A DNA stretch of 64,000 nt from Octopus sinensis (GCF_006345805.1 NC_042998.1:11036001-11100000); one strand, 5' to 3'. Positions 50,063 to 63,596 are shown, numbered from the stretch's first letter. A program made the numbers and translations. The notes: generated from the letters alone by a model not told the origin.

Positions 50063-51490
50063 GGGGAATCTTCCGAGGTGACTCGTTATCTCCGTTACTT
50101 TTTTTAATTGCACTAATACCCATAACAACGATACTTAGGAAAGTTTAAATGGGTTACCGATGTGGGAAGAAAGGCCCATCATTGAACCATCTTATGTTTA
50201 TGGATGATCTGAAATTGTGTGGGAAATCTGAAAAACAGATAGAGTCCAAAACCGAAACAGTCCAGAAGTGTAGTAGGGCCATCAATATGGCATTTGGGAT
50301 CGCCAAATGCTCAGTACTTAATATTAAAAAAGGGAAGAAAACTGCCTGCAGAGGATTGCGGTTACCATCCGGAGAGACCATGGGTGAACCCGACGGTAGT
50401 GGGTATAGATATTTAGGGTTTTTGGAGCTGGCTGACATTCTACACAGAGAAATGAAAGTCAAGGTAGCGAGGCGTATCAAAAAAGGATGAAGATGGTGTT
50501 GAAATCCAACCTGAATGCCGAAAATTTGATGACTTCAATGAGTATCTGGAAATTTGCGGTGGTCAGATATAGTGTATCCATCCTCAAATGGGCTAAGGAG
50601 GAAATATCAAAACTGGATAGAAGAACGAGAAAGTTGATGACGCTGCATGGGGCACTACACCCTAAAGCAAACGTAAACAGATTGTATACGAAAAGAAATG
50701 ATGGTGGCAGAGGACTAATTAGTATAGACTATTGTATAAGGAGTGAAAGGAGAACACTTGCCGAGTATTTGATAAATAGTGATGAAGACCTCCTGCAATA
50801 TGATATGGGTGTAAATGCATGTGTGTAAATGCATAGGTGCAAATTCAGATGAAATGATGGGTAACGCAGAGTTTAACCAAAGAACTGAGAAGAGAAAAGA
50901 AAACCTTAAATGAGAATGCATAGAGTTTAGAAGGAATACTCGAGACGTTAAGCATAATACAGCATCGTGGGCATGGCTTGAACGAGGTGATTTGAAGCGT
51001 ACCACCGAAAGTCTGATCATTGCTACACAAGACCAGGTTCTTGCTACTAATTCAGTGAAGTATAACATCTATAAAACTTCTGACACCCAGAAATACGGAC
51101 TATGTGGAAAGAGTGTGGAAAATGTGACCCACTTGGTAAGTGGATGTGAGAGCCTTGCGCAAAAAGAATACAAACGCCGCCACGATAAAGTGTGTGGGCA
51201 TCTTCATTGGCTCTTATGCCGTAAATACGAATATGAAGTAACAGAGAACTGGTACGAGCATGTACCAAGTAAAGTTATGCAGGAGGATGGAAAAGTAATG
51301 ATAATCTGGGACTGATTTTCAGACGGATTGTGTAAAGAAACACCGTCGGCCGGATGTTGTCATATTGAATAAGAGAGACAAATACGGTCAGATCATTGAT
51401 GTAGCCATACCAACTGGTACGAATGTTGTGAGTAAAGAGGTTGAAAAAATCACCAGGTACCCGAAACTGAAAGTGGAAATGGAAAAAAAC
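50063..51490 (+). mobile_element. Second R4/Dong-clade LINE, 5'-truncated: RT, CCHC zinc motif and restriction-like endonuclease
   Basis: GIFRGDSLSPLLF; NHLMFMDDLKL; YRYLG; LHPKANVNRLY..R..GGRGL; ESLIIATQDQ; LCGKSVENVTHLVSGC; RRHDKV; HRRPDVVI...IIDVAIP (REL PD..D motif). Confidence 0.92.
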
Positions 51491-51559
51491 TGTTTAGAAT
51501 GCGAGGGGGTAATGTAAAAGTCACACCAGTGCTGATCATCAATCAAAACATTATTTCCT

Positions 51560-52940
51560 TAATATCTGCAGCCCCTACTTCTTTGTGCTGTTGAAAGAAG
51601 CAAAATAGGCGTGATCTTAAATGAGGTTGTTTTTAAGCTTTAAAACACCTGTTTAAAGGGTTGGTACGTGTTTGGCATGCGGTATCTGACATACAATTAG
51701 ATGATGCTACAGGTTCTAAATGTTAGAGGAATGAAGGATAAATCACTTATCACTTACCTGAGAGTGGGCGTTGATAGAGGTAACCGTATGTAGATCATTA
51801 AGTTAGTGGAAAAAGTATGCATAGAGAAAAATCATATCACACACCTGAGTTGATAGAGTGTGTGTGAGAGCTCCATCAGTACATAATTGTGTGGTTTGAC
51901 AGGAAATTCCCGATCTAAGAAATGAGATATAGATGGTGTTCAGATAGAGGTGCAGATTTTTCAAATGTTTCGCATGCCAGAAGAGAATGCTATGCAGATG
52001 TGCTGTCTAATAACGCACTTTTACTAAATCTCTGAAGAGAGAGAAATACTCACTGGTGTCTAACATAGAAAATTAGGTCTCCAATATACCTGGTTTTTCC
52101 AAGGCCGTTTTATTAGTCACTGAAAAGAGAATAGAATTTGACGTGTTGCAAATGGTTTTCGATAATATTTTCTCTTTTCATCGTAACTGAGATGGATTAA
52201 GTGATTAAGATAGGGTGTTAGCTGGTAGGAGCAGAAAGGTTGCTCTCCATATGTATGGGACATTTTGGAGAATGTTTCATTTTCACTGTATAAATTTAAT
52301 GAATTGGCAGAGAAGATCGGAATATATCGGTTAGGAGCGAGAGTGAGATATTGAAGAGTTAGAAAAGAATATGAGTTACCCCGTAATGAAAGAAAATCTT
52401 CCAGACCCAGATGCCTCGTTGGTTTGGCAAATGTATGTGCTTGCATACTTGTCAGGGTGACCGTTTTGGTCGAGTAACAAGGCAGAGTGTTCTAGCAAAT
52501 TTCATTTGAGTATGCAGCCTGGAGTTGGATGCAAAGTAGATAAATATGAAAGCTTTAGCAGCAAGAGTACTGATTACTGAGCCATCGTATGTGAGCAGTG
52601 GGGTAAAAGAGCTTTGCGTCAAATAAGTAGAAATCTTAGTTGGTAAGGAGCCAAAATGATCAGTTGCAGTTTGGAAAATGTGCTATGCGCAGAAGCTCTC
52701 GTCTCGTTCCGGTTGATATTGCAGAATTTACAGGACTTGCGATGCTGGATAAAACCGCTATGTTTGTGGGAGTCTATGAGATTTGAATGAGTGTGTGACA
52801 TAGTGAATACTTCAGAGAGGGTTTCCTTCGTCTATTTAGTTGTTTCTGATGTACCTGGAATGAATCTTTAGTTTCTCTCAGTTTCCCAATTAAGTAGACA
52901 TATGACTAGATCCTTCCTGACCGTGAACAGCCAAATCTTT
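51560..52940 (-). mobile_element. Highly decayed CR1-like LINE ORF2
   Basis: Degenerate motifs such as IFSANSLNL, QRFSKSALLD (cf. DISKAFD), YISFLRSGISC (cf. WI.SFL.GR) and THTLSTQVCD (cf. INSGVPQGS). Confidence 0.45.
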
Positions 52941-53629
52941 TTTGTTTTCCAGAGATATAGCGTTCATATCTTTTTTTTTTTATTTCCAAAGTCGGTATAG
53001 TACAGACTTTAGAGCAATTCTACTGATATTTCTAGCAGGTGGAATACGTCGAATCTCTATCTGTACAACAATGTTTGAGAATTGGGCGTATGAACCGCAA
53101 ACCAAAACCGAAATAAAAACGATAATGAAAATAGCTGAAGTAATTATAGCAACTGCGATGAATGAGTTATAAAACAAAATAATCAAGTCTAAACAGGATT
53201 AAATTGATCTCTCCTGTAATTAGAATGGTTCAGATATGTAGGAGAAAAAAACTAGAAAATGATGACGTTCATACCTTTTCAATAGTTATAAGTGAAGAGA
53301 TGTAATAGTTATAAGTAAAGCAAAAATAATAATACGAAAGCAATAAACAGAATTGCTCCCGGGGATCTTCTAAAGCATATCTGAAATATATATCATTCTA
53401 TTTAGGTTTAAATTAAATTTGATATTGAGTTTTATTGAAAATACTTTTTCGAAATTCTATTTTCGTTCATGAAATATAATTTCTAATGTTGGAAGAGATC
53501 GCTATAGTTGATTTTAAAATGACCTTCATATATTCTTCATATATTCTTCGTATCTACTTAGTTTACTAAGGTAAATTTGACCGCTGCGCTATTTCTTCTC
53601 AAAAAACCAAAAGCAAGTGATTCTACGCG

Positions 53630-53850
53630 AAGTATATATATATATAAGCAAACACATATATACACTATACGTATACATACATACACTATGCATATACATA
53701 CATATATGAACACATATGTGAGTGTGTGTGTATATATATACATACACACACGCACGCACACATACGCACACACACTCTCAAGCTCACACACACACACTCT
53801 CACACACACACACACACTCTCACACACACACACACACATATATATATACT
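53630..53850. repeat. (TA)/(CA) microsatellite block
   Basis: Direct reading. Confidence 0.9.
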
Positions 53851-54061
53851 GGTGATTTAGGAGCAATGGCTCCAAATATGGCAAGTGGTATTTCAATGCC
53901 CTAACTGAATATCTCTCTCTTTCCCTCTCTCTCATTTGTGTGCAGGCACACTATGCACGTAGAGTGCCGGTAACAACAGGATAAACAAAAGTTTATCAGG
54001 AAAGAAATACAAATAATCAGAAAAGGGAGAAAAGCTCAGATTAACAGACACATCGATTGAA

Positions 54062-54437
54062 CACATTTATAGCTTATTTTTTTGTACAGAGCATGACTTA
54101 ACAAGTAGGTGACGTAACAAATCTTACGGCCGTTTCCGCATCAGTCGCCTAACGCTGTCTATAAATAATTGCGAAAATAAAATTCTTCATCTTCATAGGA
54201 CATTAGAATTAAGGCATGGAGCTTCATGAGTAAAAACAGGAGCATCCAATATAAATTGTTTATATTGGATGTTCTTGGTTTTTACTGTGATGAAGCTCCG
54301 TGCCTTAATTCGAATGTCCTATAAAGATGAAGATTTTATTTCCGTTAGGCAGCGGATGCGGAAACGGCCGTAAGATTTGTTGCGTCACCTATTTGTTATC
54401 TCGTTCTTTGTATTAAAAAAAATAAGCTATAAATGTG
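54062..54437. repeat. Long imperfect palindrome (about 180-190-bp arms, 3-nt loop)
   Basis: cacatttatagcttatttt...caaatcttacggccgtttccgcatc...catccaatataaa TTG tttatattggatg...gatgcggaaacggccgtaagatttg...aaaataagctataaatgtg. Confidence 0.95.
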
Positions 54438-54492
54438 ATCCAACATATGTGTTTGTTAATCTGAAGATCTGAGGTTTTCTCCATTTTCTGAT

Positions 54493-54523
<31 letters not shown>

Positions 54524-54820
54524 GCATGCACTTATATGTATATTTTGTATATTAGAAACACACACACATACATACACACACACATATGCATACATACACA
54601 TTGACGCATAAACTCACGTGCGTGCATGTGCGCACACAGATTATATTCTGGGCAGTCTGATAACGGTATTTACGTAACTAACTGCCGTAAACTGCTAGGC
54701 ACACACAGTCTTTAACTTACACCGCTTAATGAGAGGCAGTGTTGTCAAAATAGAACCTTCTGCGGCGGAAGTCTTACTGCAAGCCAAAGTTCAACTAAAT
54801 TTTGTTTATATCCTCATAAA

Positions 54821-55033
54821 TTTACTCTTTTACTCTTTTGCTTATTCCAGTCATTTGACTGCGGCCATGCTGGTGCGCCACCTTTAGTCGAGCAAATTGA
54901 CCCCAGGACTTATTCTTTGTAAGCCTAGTACTTATTCTATCGCTCTTTTCTGCCGAACCGCTAAGTTACGGGGATGTAAACACACCAGCATCGGTTGTCA
55001 AGCAATTTTGGTGGTGGGAGGACAAACACAGAC
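54821..55033 (-). mobile_element. SINE family A, 3' half
   Basis: Reverse complement of the family A tail and body. Confidence 0.88.
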
Positions 55034-55494
55034 TATTGTAATCTTCCAATACAAGTGTAGTTCCTTCATATATAATAAATATAAGTATTAACTAAAGTAT
55101 GATATAATTAATGAAATATATTATATACCCTGCTGGAAATGTTGGTTATATCCTTTAAGTATTATTTTGTGATGTGCAAACTGATATCATGAGTTTACTG
55201 TGAGATATACTCATTGGGTTATTTTTGCATTATCTGAAATAGAATACCCAAATATTGATTAATCCCCCAAAATTGAATTTACATCTATCTATCTATCCAT
55301 ATATATAATAAACCTTTACATAAATAAATAACGTGAAATACACGAAGGGACGAACAAAAAGACAAACGGGTCATTCAAAGCCTTCATTCTTCAGTCAGAA
55401 ACTGATCCCTCATCGCAGATTTCGGCTGTTTAATTCTGAGATCCGCTCCGAATCAGCCAGCCACAGAATGAAAGAATGCAACGCAACAGAGACA

Positions 55495-55835
55495 AACAAG
55501 AAACGAAAAATCTTTTTTGGAGACAGTAACGGTTAAAAACATGGATGACACAGGCGCCCTACGGCTTTGAGACAAAAAGAGAGACACAAAAACAATATCA
55601 GCAAGCGTGGAAAAATAATTACCTTTTCGGTGATAAGACAAGAAACGAAAAATCTTTTTTGGAGACAGTAACGGTTAAAAACATGGATGACACAGGCGCC
55701 CTACGGCTTTGAGACAAAAAGAGAGACACAAAAACAATATCAGCAAGCGTGGAAAAATAATTACCTTTTCGGTGATAAGACAAGAAACGAAAAATCTTTT
55801 TTGGAGACAGTAACAGTTAAAAACATGGATGACAC
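55495..55835. repeat. 142-bp tandem repeat, about 2.4 copies
   Basis: caagaaacgaaaaatc starts at 55497, 55639 and 55781; the units are nearly identical. Confidence 0.95.
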
Positions 55836-57078
55836 ATGTATATCTGTGTATGCGCGCGCGCGTGTGTGTGTGTGTGCGTGTGTGTGTGTTGTATACACAT
55901 ATATAGAGATAGATAGATAAATAGACAGATAGATAGATATGCCTTATGAATTGTATCTCTAAATATTTCCTCATGAGGTGATTAATTTATTTTTAATCCA
56001 GGTTTGTGGTAGGTCACGTAGATGTCACTACGTACTAGTTCTTTTGCAGACATATAGGAAGAGGTCAAATATCTTTAGGTATCTTACAGGAGGGGAAAAA
56101 GGTCCAGATTTATTGACATATTTCCATACCATGTACTGTACTAAAGTTTGTCTGAACATCTTCACTGACAGTGTTTGATCCCGTTCATACTCGATAAATA
56201 CTCGATAAATACTGAACATAGTTTTCATTCAATCAAAAGCTTTTCTTTTTCCGTTCCAATTTGCCGTTATTTACATACTTTTTGACTCTTCGGGGTAAAT
56301 CCAAATAATGTGAAACCTTTTGAGATAACGTTGGCGTTAAAGGTGTGACCCGAAAAAAATTCCCTTTATTCACTGTCGCTAATTTATTCCTAAAGAAGCA
56401 TTTTAGGTCATGCAGTGTTCCTGTGACTGATAATAGAATAAGGAAATGCTACTCTTGTATAACAATTAGTGGTTTAAGTTTAGACGAAAGATTATATAAC
56501 ATTGTACGCCGCTGAATGCTGTTATCAAACAAAAACGTAAAGTAAAGATTAACTCAAGCAAATAAAGAGAAGCGGATGTATTGTAAAGAACAATACTGAT
56601 ATAATGAAAACTGACAAAACGGAAATAGCAACAGACAATAGGAAATAACAGGAGTTTCAATAATAAAGAAAATATAAGGCTCAGTCTTATTGAATTCCAA
56701 ATACATTTGTGAAATTCAAAGCTGCAAATACTAAAGGAATGAGTCATAAATCTTTGTAAATATCACGCTGTGTTTTAAATGCTCATGAATTTTATTTGGA
56801 AATCCTAAATTCTTGTTATCTCAGGCAATGGACTTAATAATAGATTCCCATATAGTTAGTGTTTATATTAACCGATCCTAAAATTGTTCTGAAAGCAACT
56901 CGATATATAAGGGAATATGGTATCATTTTACTTCCCAAGAAAACAAAAAGATCTCATTTTTAAAACATGTCATTGTACATGCTTTGAATTAACTTTCATC
57001 ACCCTTTCTGAACTCTACATTTACGAGAACCACTTCACTGTCCTGAAAGGCATGGAAAGTAAATTATAATGCTTGAAA

Positions 57079-57308
57079 GGCGGCGAGCTGGCAGAAACGT
57101 TAGCACACCGGGCGAAATGCGTAGCCGTATTTCGTCTGCCGTTACGTTCTGAGTTCAAATTCCGTCGAGGTCGACTTTGCCTTTCATCCTTTCGGGGTCG
57201 ATAAATTAAGTACCAGTTACGCAATGGTATCGATGTAATCGACTTAATCCGTTTGTCTGTCCTTGTTTGTCCCCTCTGTGTTTAGCCCCTTGTGGGTAGT
57301 AAAGAAAT
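57079..57308 (+). mobile_element. SINE family B with 14-bp TSD
   Basis: tataatgcttgaaa at 57065-57078 and 57310-57323. Confidence 0.93.
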
Positions 57309-57869
57309 ATATAATGCTTGAAAATAGTAAGATACACAACAGGGGCCTCTAGTCTTCCTAAGAAATACTAAGTTCATGATTCTTGTATAAAAGAAACACA
57401 TGGAATAAATTACACAATTAGCTTAAACAGTTTTCTACAATGTGTCAGGTAGGGCATGGCTTCAAAGGAAAATGAAATAACAATATAAATGGTTGCACAG
57501 AAATTCAAGTATAAGAGAAAGTGAAAAACGAAATAACACGAAGTAAACAGAATGGAAGTATGATCAGTTTTGTAAAATATCACTCATACACACACAGATA
57601 TGTGTACGTGTGTGTGTGTGTGTGTTGTACGCTCGTATACGTGAGTGTGTATATGTATATACGTGTGTGTAAATATGAGTTAATCTTCTTGACGTAATGG
57701 CACCAAATTAATTTTAATTTAACTGAAATATTACACTGATAATGAGATTGGAAAACATCATTTGTTTTAATAATAATACTTTGTTAAGGGAAGAAGGCAA
57801 AGATCTCTTAACCAGTACTCAGCTGTGTGCACTTCATGAAAAAGCACACTTGAGAAAATTTTCCAATAT

Positions 57870-58150
57870 CATGGCCTAATGCTTAAGGAGATCTCTTCGC
57901 AACTAAAAGCTTCTGGATTTGATCCCACTGCATTGTATTATGGATAAATGTCATTTTCTATAGTTCGGGTTCCATATCTAGCTTAGGAGTGAAATTGGGT
58001 GGACGGAAACCGTTCGTAAGCTTGTCGTATGATTGTATCTGAAATTCAAATATACAGTCTTGTGACAAATTATGTCACTCTGACTGCGTGAGAATTACGT
58101 TAAGGATACAAATATTTGTGGAAATGTTAATCCCTTGCTGGTTAGGTCAA
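57870..58150 (+). mobile_element. Old SINE with family A-like front and family C-like rear
   Basis: tggcctaatgcttaagg...ggatttgatcccactgc...ggacggaaacc is A-like. It is followed by cttgtgacaaattatgtcactctgactgcgtgagaattacgttaagg, which is C-like. Confidence 0.45.
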
Positions 58151-58645
58151 TTAAATTACCTAACGAATACCTTTTATCGAATCGAACCCGAAGGAAATCC
58201 CCGAGCATTTTCCCGTTCAATGGGTATCACAGATAATCCTGCGGGGCGGTACATCTGTGCCCGAAGAGCTAGTCTCGAAAGTTGCTTCCAATTGATAGCA
58301 CCGGCAGGTTAACGATTTTAGCTATGCATACCATCGGAGACGATGTGTAGTTGTTGTTGGTAACAACTATAGAGTATTTTCTTGTTGGAAGATATGGTAG
58401 AGATGGTGACAATAAGGACATTGCGCACCGACATTTATTTTGCGCTAAGGCGCATTCATTGCATCATTCTTACATTAAAGCACATTGTTTGTACACCAGC
58501 AAGACATTTGAGTGAATAAAAAATATTAGTTAACCATATACCCATGAGTTTCACAATTAATAACAAAATAAATCAACTAATAAGATAATTAATTGATTAA
58601 TTAATCATCCGTAGGTCGTTAGTAAGGTCACTATGAAATGTATAA

Positions 58646-59027
58646 GGAAAGCACTCCGTCGGTTACGACGACGAGGGTTCCGGTTGATCCGATCAACGGA
58701 ACAGCCTGCTCGTGAAATTAACGTGTAAGTGGCTGAGCACTCCACAGACACGTGTACCCGTAACGTAGTTCTCGGGGATATTCAGCGTGAGACAGAGAGT
58801 GACAAGGCTGGCCCCTTGAAATACAGGTACAACAGAAACAGAAAGTAAGAGTGAGAGAAAGTTGTGGTGAAAGAGTACAACAGGGATCACCACCATCCCT
58901 GCCGGAGCCTCGTGGAGCTTTAGGTGTTTCCGCTCAATAAACACTCACAACGCTCGGTCTGGGAATCGAAACCGCGATCCTACGACCGCGAGTCCGCTGC
59001 CTAACCACTGGGCCATTGCGCCTCCAC
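58646..59027 (-). mobile_element. SINE family C with TSD
   Basis: gaaatgtataa at 58635-58645 and 59028-59038. Confidence 0.93.
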
Positions 59028-61084
59028 GAAATGTATAACTATGAGACTACAATACGTATTGAAAACACAAAGTAAACATGTACCCATTCAGTTCCATGTT
59101 CATACATCTAGGATTCACCACGAATGCCCTCAAATCAACGTGCGAAACCAGAGTAGTATAGCAGTGAATAAATTCAAATGTATAATACCCGGCCGAAGAA
59201 TTGAAATATTTAACTTTATAAATACAAGGGTAAAAATATTTAAATAATTTTTTACCAGTGGCCAGCATGCGTAATAAGAGACAGAAGAGATAAATATATT
59301 TAAATATGAAAGTGTATGAAACATACACGGAGAGACAACCACCACCTGGATTTCTTACACGCTAAAAATGTCATCATTAACTAAGCAATTAATTGTCTTA
59401 TAATTGATTTCTTTGGTCATTAATAGTGAAACTCATAGGTATAAGGTTAACTAAAATTCTTATTCACTCAAATGTCTTTCTGGCGTACAAACAATGTGCT
59501 TTAATGTAAAAATGTGTTTTCATGGTTCTAAGCTTTGACTGCCATGAAAAGCAAAGTCGATCGCGGCGGAATTTGAAAGTATGTCGTCTTTATTAGCATA
59601 TAAATTGGTTTGGATAAGAACATCGTTTGACTGATGCTTAAGAATCTAACAAAATGTTATGATTTAGAAAAAATAATTAAAAGGTATTTGTGGACCATAA
59701 ATATAAAGGAAATCGTATGTATAATTATGAAACACATACACACAGAAACAGATAATAAAAACGTGTATGTGATTCCAAGAATTTATTACTCTATGCAGGA
59801 TACAAATGTAACATTGCCAGGTCTAACAGACGTTATACGTATGTCCGACTTCTTAAAATGAATAAGCTACATATTCAACTCATAATAAGTGAATCACTAC
59901 AGGTTCATGACTGGTACCGTAAGAAAGAAACCTAATTTAAATCGGCAGCTCAAGTGAGGTAAATATACCAACACTACGACGTAAATATCTATAATTAGTA
60001 GTATAAGCAAGTATCGAACACATTGCACGGTAACGATTTGATTAAAATAATCTGAGTTTTACCTATCTAAGCTCATGAGGAGTACATAGCAAAATGTCTA
60101 AATATAAATTTAAAAGGGAGAAATGGAAACCACATCTCGATCACCGACAGAATGTATAGTATTCCTTAAAGAGAAAATGATCTTGAAAAGTAAAGTGAAA
60201 ACAGTTCTAAAAATAGTTGAAGCATTGGAATTGCAGAGAAATATATAGACAAAAATATCAAAAACCCACGAAGGTTTACAATTCTTAGTACAGTTCCAAA
60301 AGTAGCTACCTGATAGCCAATATACTTTCAATTTAAAAGCAGAATTTACACATCATACGACCTGCGCAACGAATACAACACACTGTACTCTGTATAACTT
60401 CCACCCAGAAACGTAATTCAACCTACACAGATAACATTCTATATAATCACCATCCATTGATACAACACAACCCACACAGCGCATACTCTGCATAATCAAC
60501 ACCCAATAAAATAACACAAAACCTAGTCTTACTAAATCGACATCCGGTACAAAAACGTACATCGCCTACACAACTAATATTTTATACAATGGTTATCCAT
60601 TAATATAAGATAACACACACAATGTGCCGCGCGATATTTTCATTGCAAGTTTCTTTCTCTACTCTTGAGTTGAGCAATATTGTGTGAATGATATACTGTA
60701 GACGAAAACTGTACGGAATCACGACTTGTAAATGTGTGTCTGAGTGTGTGTGTGTGTATGTGTGTGTGTATGTGTGTGTGTGCATATGCATTTATGTAAA
60801 TTATATAATTTTATCTGAGATCAATTTGTGCCACTTTGGTGTGTCAATGAATTGTCAGTTCACTTTAGAAGTGAAGAAATACGCGATCAAATTTAGTAAG
60901 TGCATTGCCATTAGAAATTATAAAAGCAGTGTTTGGCGAATAAAACTTATACAATAAAAGTCCATGAGTAGAAATGTTCTGTCTGTAAGATGAAGGCTCA
61001 TTTATATGGAGAAATAGCGCGCTAGATATGTATGTATGTATGTATGTATGTATATATGTATGGATGGATGGATGGATGGATGGA

Positions 61085-61400
61085 AGGCACAGTCAATCTC
61101 GGCGGAAATAAGAGAGGGTAATGACAGACGAAATACCAATAAGTATTTTGTCCAGCGTTCTAACGATTCTGCTAGCTCAGCGCCTTATATTTAGTAAATA
61201 TTCCTTTCTACGATAGGCAAAAATCCTGAATATTTTTTGGTGGAGGAGAGGCTAGTTCCATTGCGCAACTAGTACTAGTTTCATCGACCCCTGAAAGGAT
61301 GAAAGGCAAAGTTGACCTCGGCGGAATTTGAACAAGAACGTAAAGAAGGACGAAATGCCGCAAGACATTTTGGACTGACTTCTACCAGCTGGCCACTTTA
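61085..61400 (-). mobile_element. Diverged SINE family B-like fragments
   Basis: catcgacccctgaaaggatgaaaggcaaagttgacctcggcggaatttgaac, plus a second partial head. Confidence 0.6.
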
Positions 61401-61515
61401 GTAAATATTAAAATAGTTTTGATCACTAAAGGTAATTAATTTTTAATTACCTTGTTTATATTTTCTCATCTCAGACACTGAATGACATTATTACAGATTT
61501 TAAAACGTAAAATTA

Positions 61516-61922
61516 TGGCTGTGTGGTAAGTAGCTTGCTAACCAACCGCATGGTTCCGGTTTCAGTCCCACTGCGTGGCATCTTGGGCAACTGTCTTCTG
61601 CTATAGCCCCGGGCCGACCAATGCCTTGTGAGTGGATTTGGTAGACGGAAACTGAAAGAAGCCTGTCGTATATATGTATATATATATATAGGTGTGTGTG
61701 TATATGTTTGTGTGTCTGTGTTTGTCCGCCTAGCATTGCTTGACAACCGATGCTGGTGTGTTTACGTCCCCGTCACTTAGCGGTTCGGCAATAGAGACCG
61801 ATAGAATAAGTACTGGGTTTACAAAGAATAAGTCCCGGGGTCGATTTGCTCGACTAAAGGCGGTGCTCCAGCATGGCCGCAGTCAAATGACTGAAACAAG
61901 TAAAAGAGAAAAAGAGAAAGAG
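61516..61922 (+). mobile_element. SINE family A
   Basis: tggctgtgtggtaagtagc ... gactgaaacaagtaaaagag. Confidence 0.92.
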
Positions 61923-62299
61923 ATGTACGTATAAAAGCAAAATAGAGTCAAAGTAAGAATCATACACTGTGGTGAAATGTTCATGGTCAAGCTGTGGTGG
62001 TAGCGAGATAAGAAAATTACTTCCCAAACGAATGATTTCGTGTTCAGTACTACTGAACAATATAATCTCTAAAATCATTGATATATATTTTGAAATCACA
62101 GAAACGTATAGAAATATTGTTAAAGCGACAATGAACAACAGATTTGTTCAATAAAACATCCGCAGGTTAGTTTGATAAATCGCCATACAGAACCGATTGA
62201 ATGATCACAGAAATTATATGTAATAAAAATATCCCTTAGGCTGATTTGCAATTAACCTTAAACACCATGTGAGGAGAAATTGAAATGTAGGTATCAAAG

Positions 62300-62560
<261 letters not shown>

Positions 62561-63268
62561 TACAGGACACCACAAATAAACGTAGAACTCAACGAGAAAC
62601 GAAAACATAAAAACAAACTAGGAAACGTACTTTTTTTAACAACGAAAAAACATAGTACAAGACAAACAATACAAGGAAAATTCCCCTTCATCAGCTGTCC
62701 CTGGTTCGACTCAACGTGTGTTTCGAAGGTAAGGACAGAACACGATCTGATCGAACTAGTCCTTCCTGCAAAAGAATTAAATAAAATTCCTTTGCAGAGG
62801 GGTAAAAACAAGGAAAGAAAAAATGTGACAAGAACAGGACGTAAAAGCAATACAAATAAAAATACAAATACAAATAAAATACAGTACACATGAAGCATAA
62901 AAACAGGACAATGAAACCAGCATTGAGGGCTTTTTTAAGCCTAGACGATGGAAAAATTCGGAGCGCAAGAAAAAGTCGTGTTGACTTGTAGAAAGCTGCG
63001 AGTGAAAGGAAGTTGATAGTCCACTTGGCAGTGAGAGAGATGAGGAGGAGTGAGAGAGAGAGAGAGAGAGAGAGGAAAGGAAACCAGAAAGGGTGAAAAA
63101 TAAGAAGGAGAGAGACAGGCAAAGAGGAAGACAGACAGAAAGGAAGGATATATATATAATTAAAGTCAAAATGAGGGTGAAAAAATTGGATAATAATTTA
63201 ATAACATCAATTTAAATATCAGTGGCCTAGCGTATAAAAAACTGAGATTCAGTAAATATTATTAATAC

Positions 63269-63596
63269 ACAACTATGAGAGAGAATCCACTATGTGGACG
63301 CTCTTACGTCTCTGACCTCGTGTTGGTGTATAGCGTGCAGTTCGACAAATTGTATTTTATGACGTACTCCACCGATGATCCGAGGGTGTTTATGTGGGAA
63401 GAATTACATAATTTATTAACGGTGAAGCAATTGTGTGGGGTTAATCTATATTTTCATTATTTTTCGTTTGTCCTGCTCGCTTGCGTTCTTGGTGTGCTGA
63501 ATTATTTCTTGAGAACAATTCTTAGTGTTTGAGTCCGTTTGCGGATCTATATCTAGCGTAAGAGCGTCCACATAGTGGATTCTCTCTCATAGTTGT
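63269..63596. mobile_element. 328-bp element with perfect 40-bp terminal inverted repeats, abutting (TA)n
   Basis: acaactatgagagagaatccactatgtggacgctcttacg (63269-63308) and its exact reverse complement (63557-63596). Confidence 0.88.

Noticed and set aside
55495-55835. CRISPR-like array
   Set aside because: The units are contiguous with no unique spacers, and the context is eukaryotic with no cas genes.
59900-60600. A-rich purine-skewed tract resembling LINE debris
   Set aside because: All frames are broken and no motif could be assigned.
13240-61922. tRNA-like sequences at SINE heads as tRNA genes
   Set aside because: They have A and B boxes but no closing acceptor stem, and continue into repeated SINE bodies with tails and TSDs.
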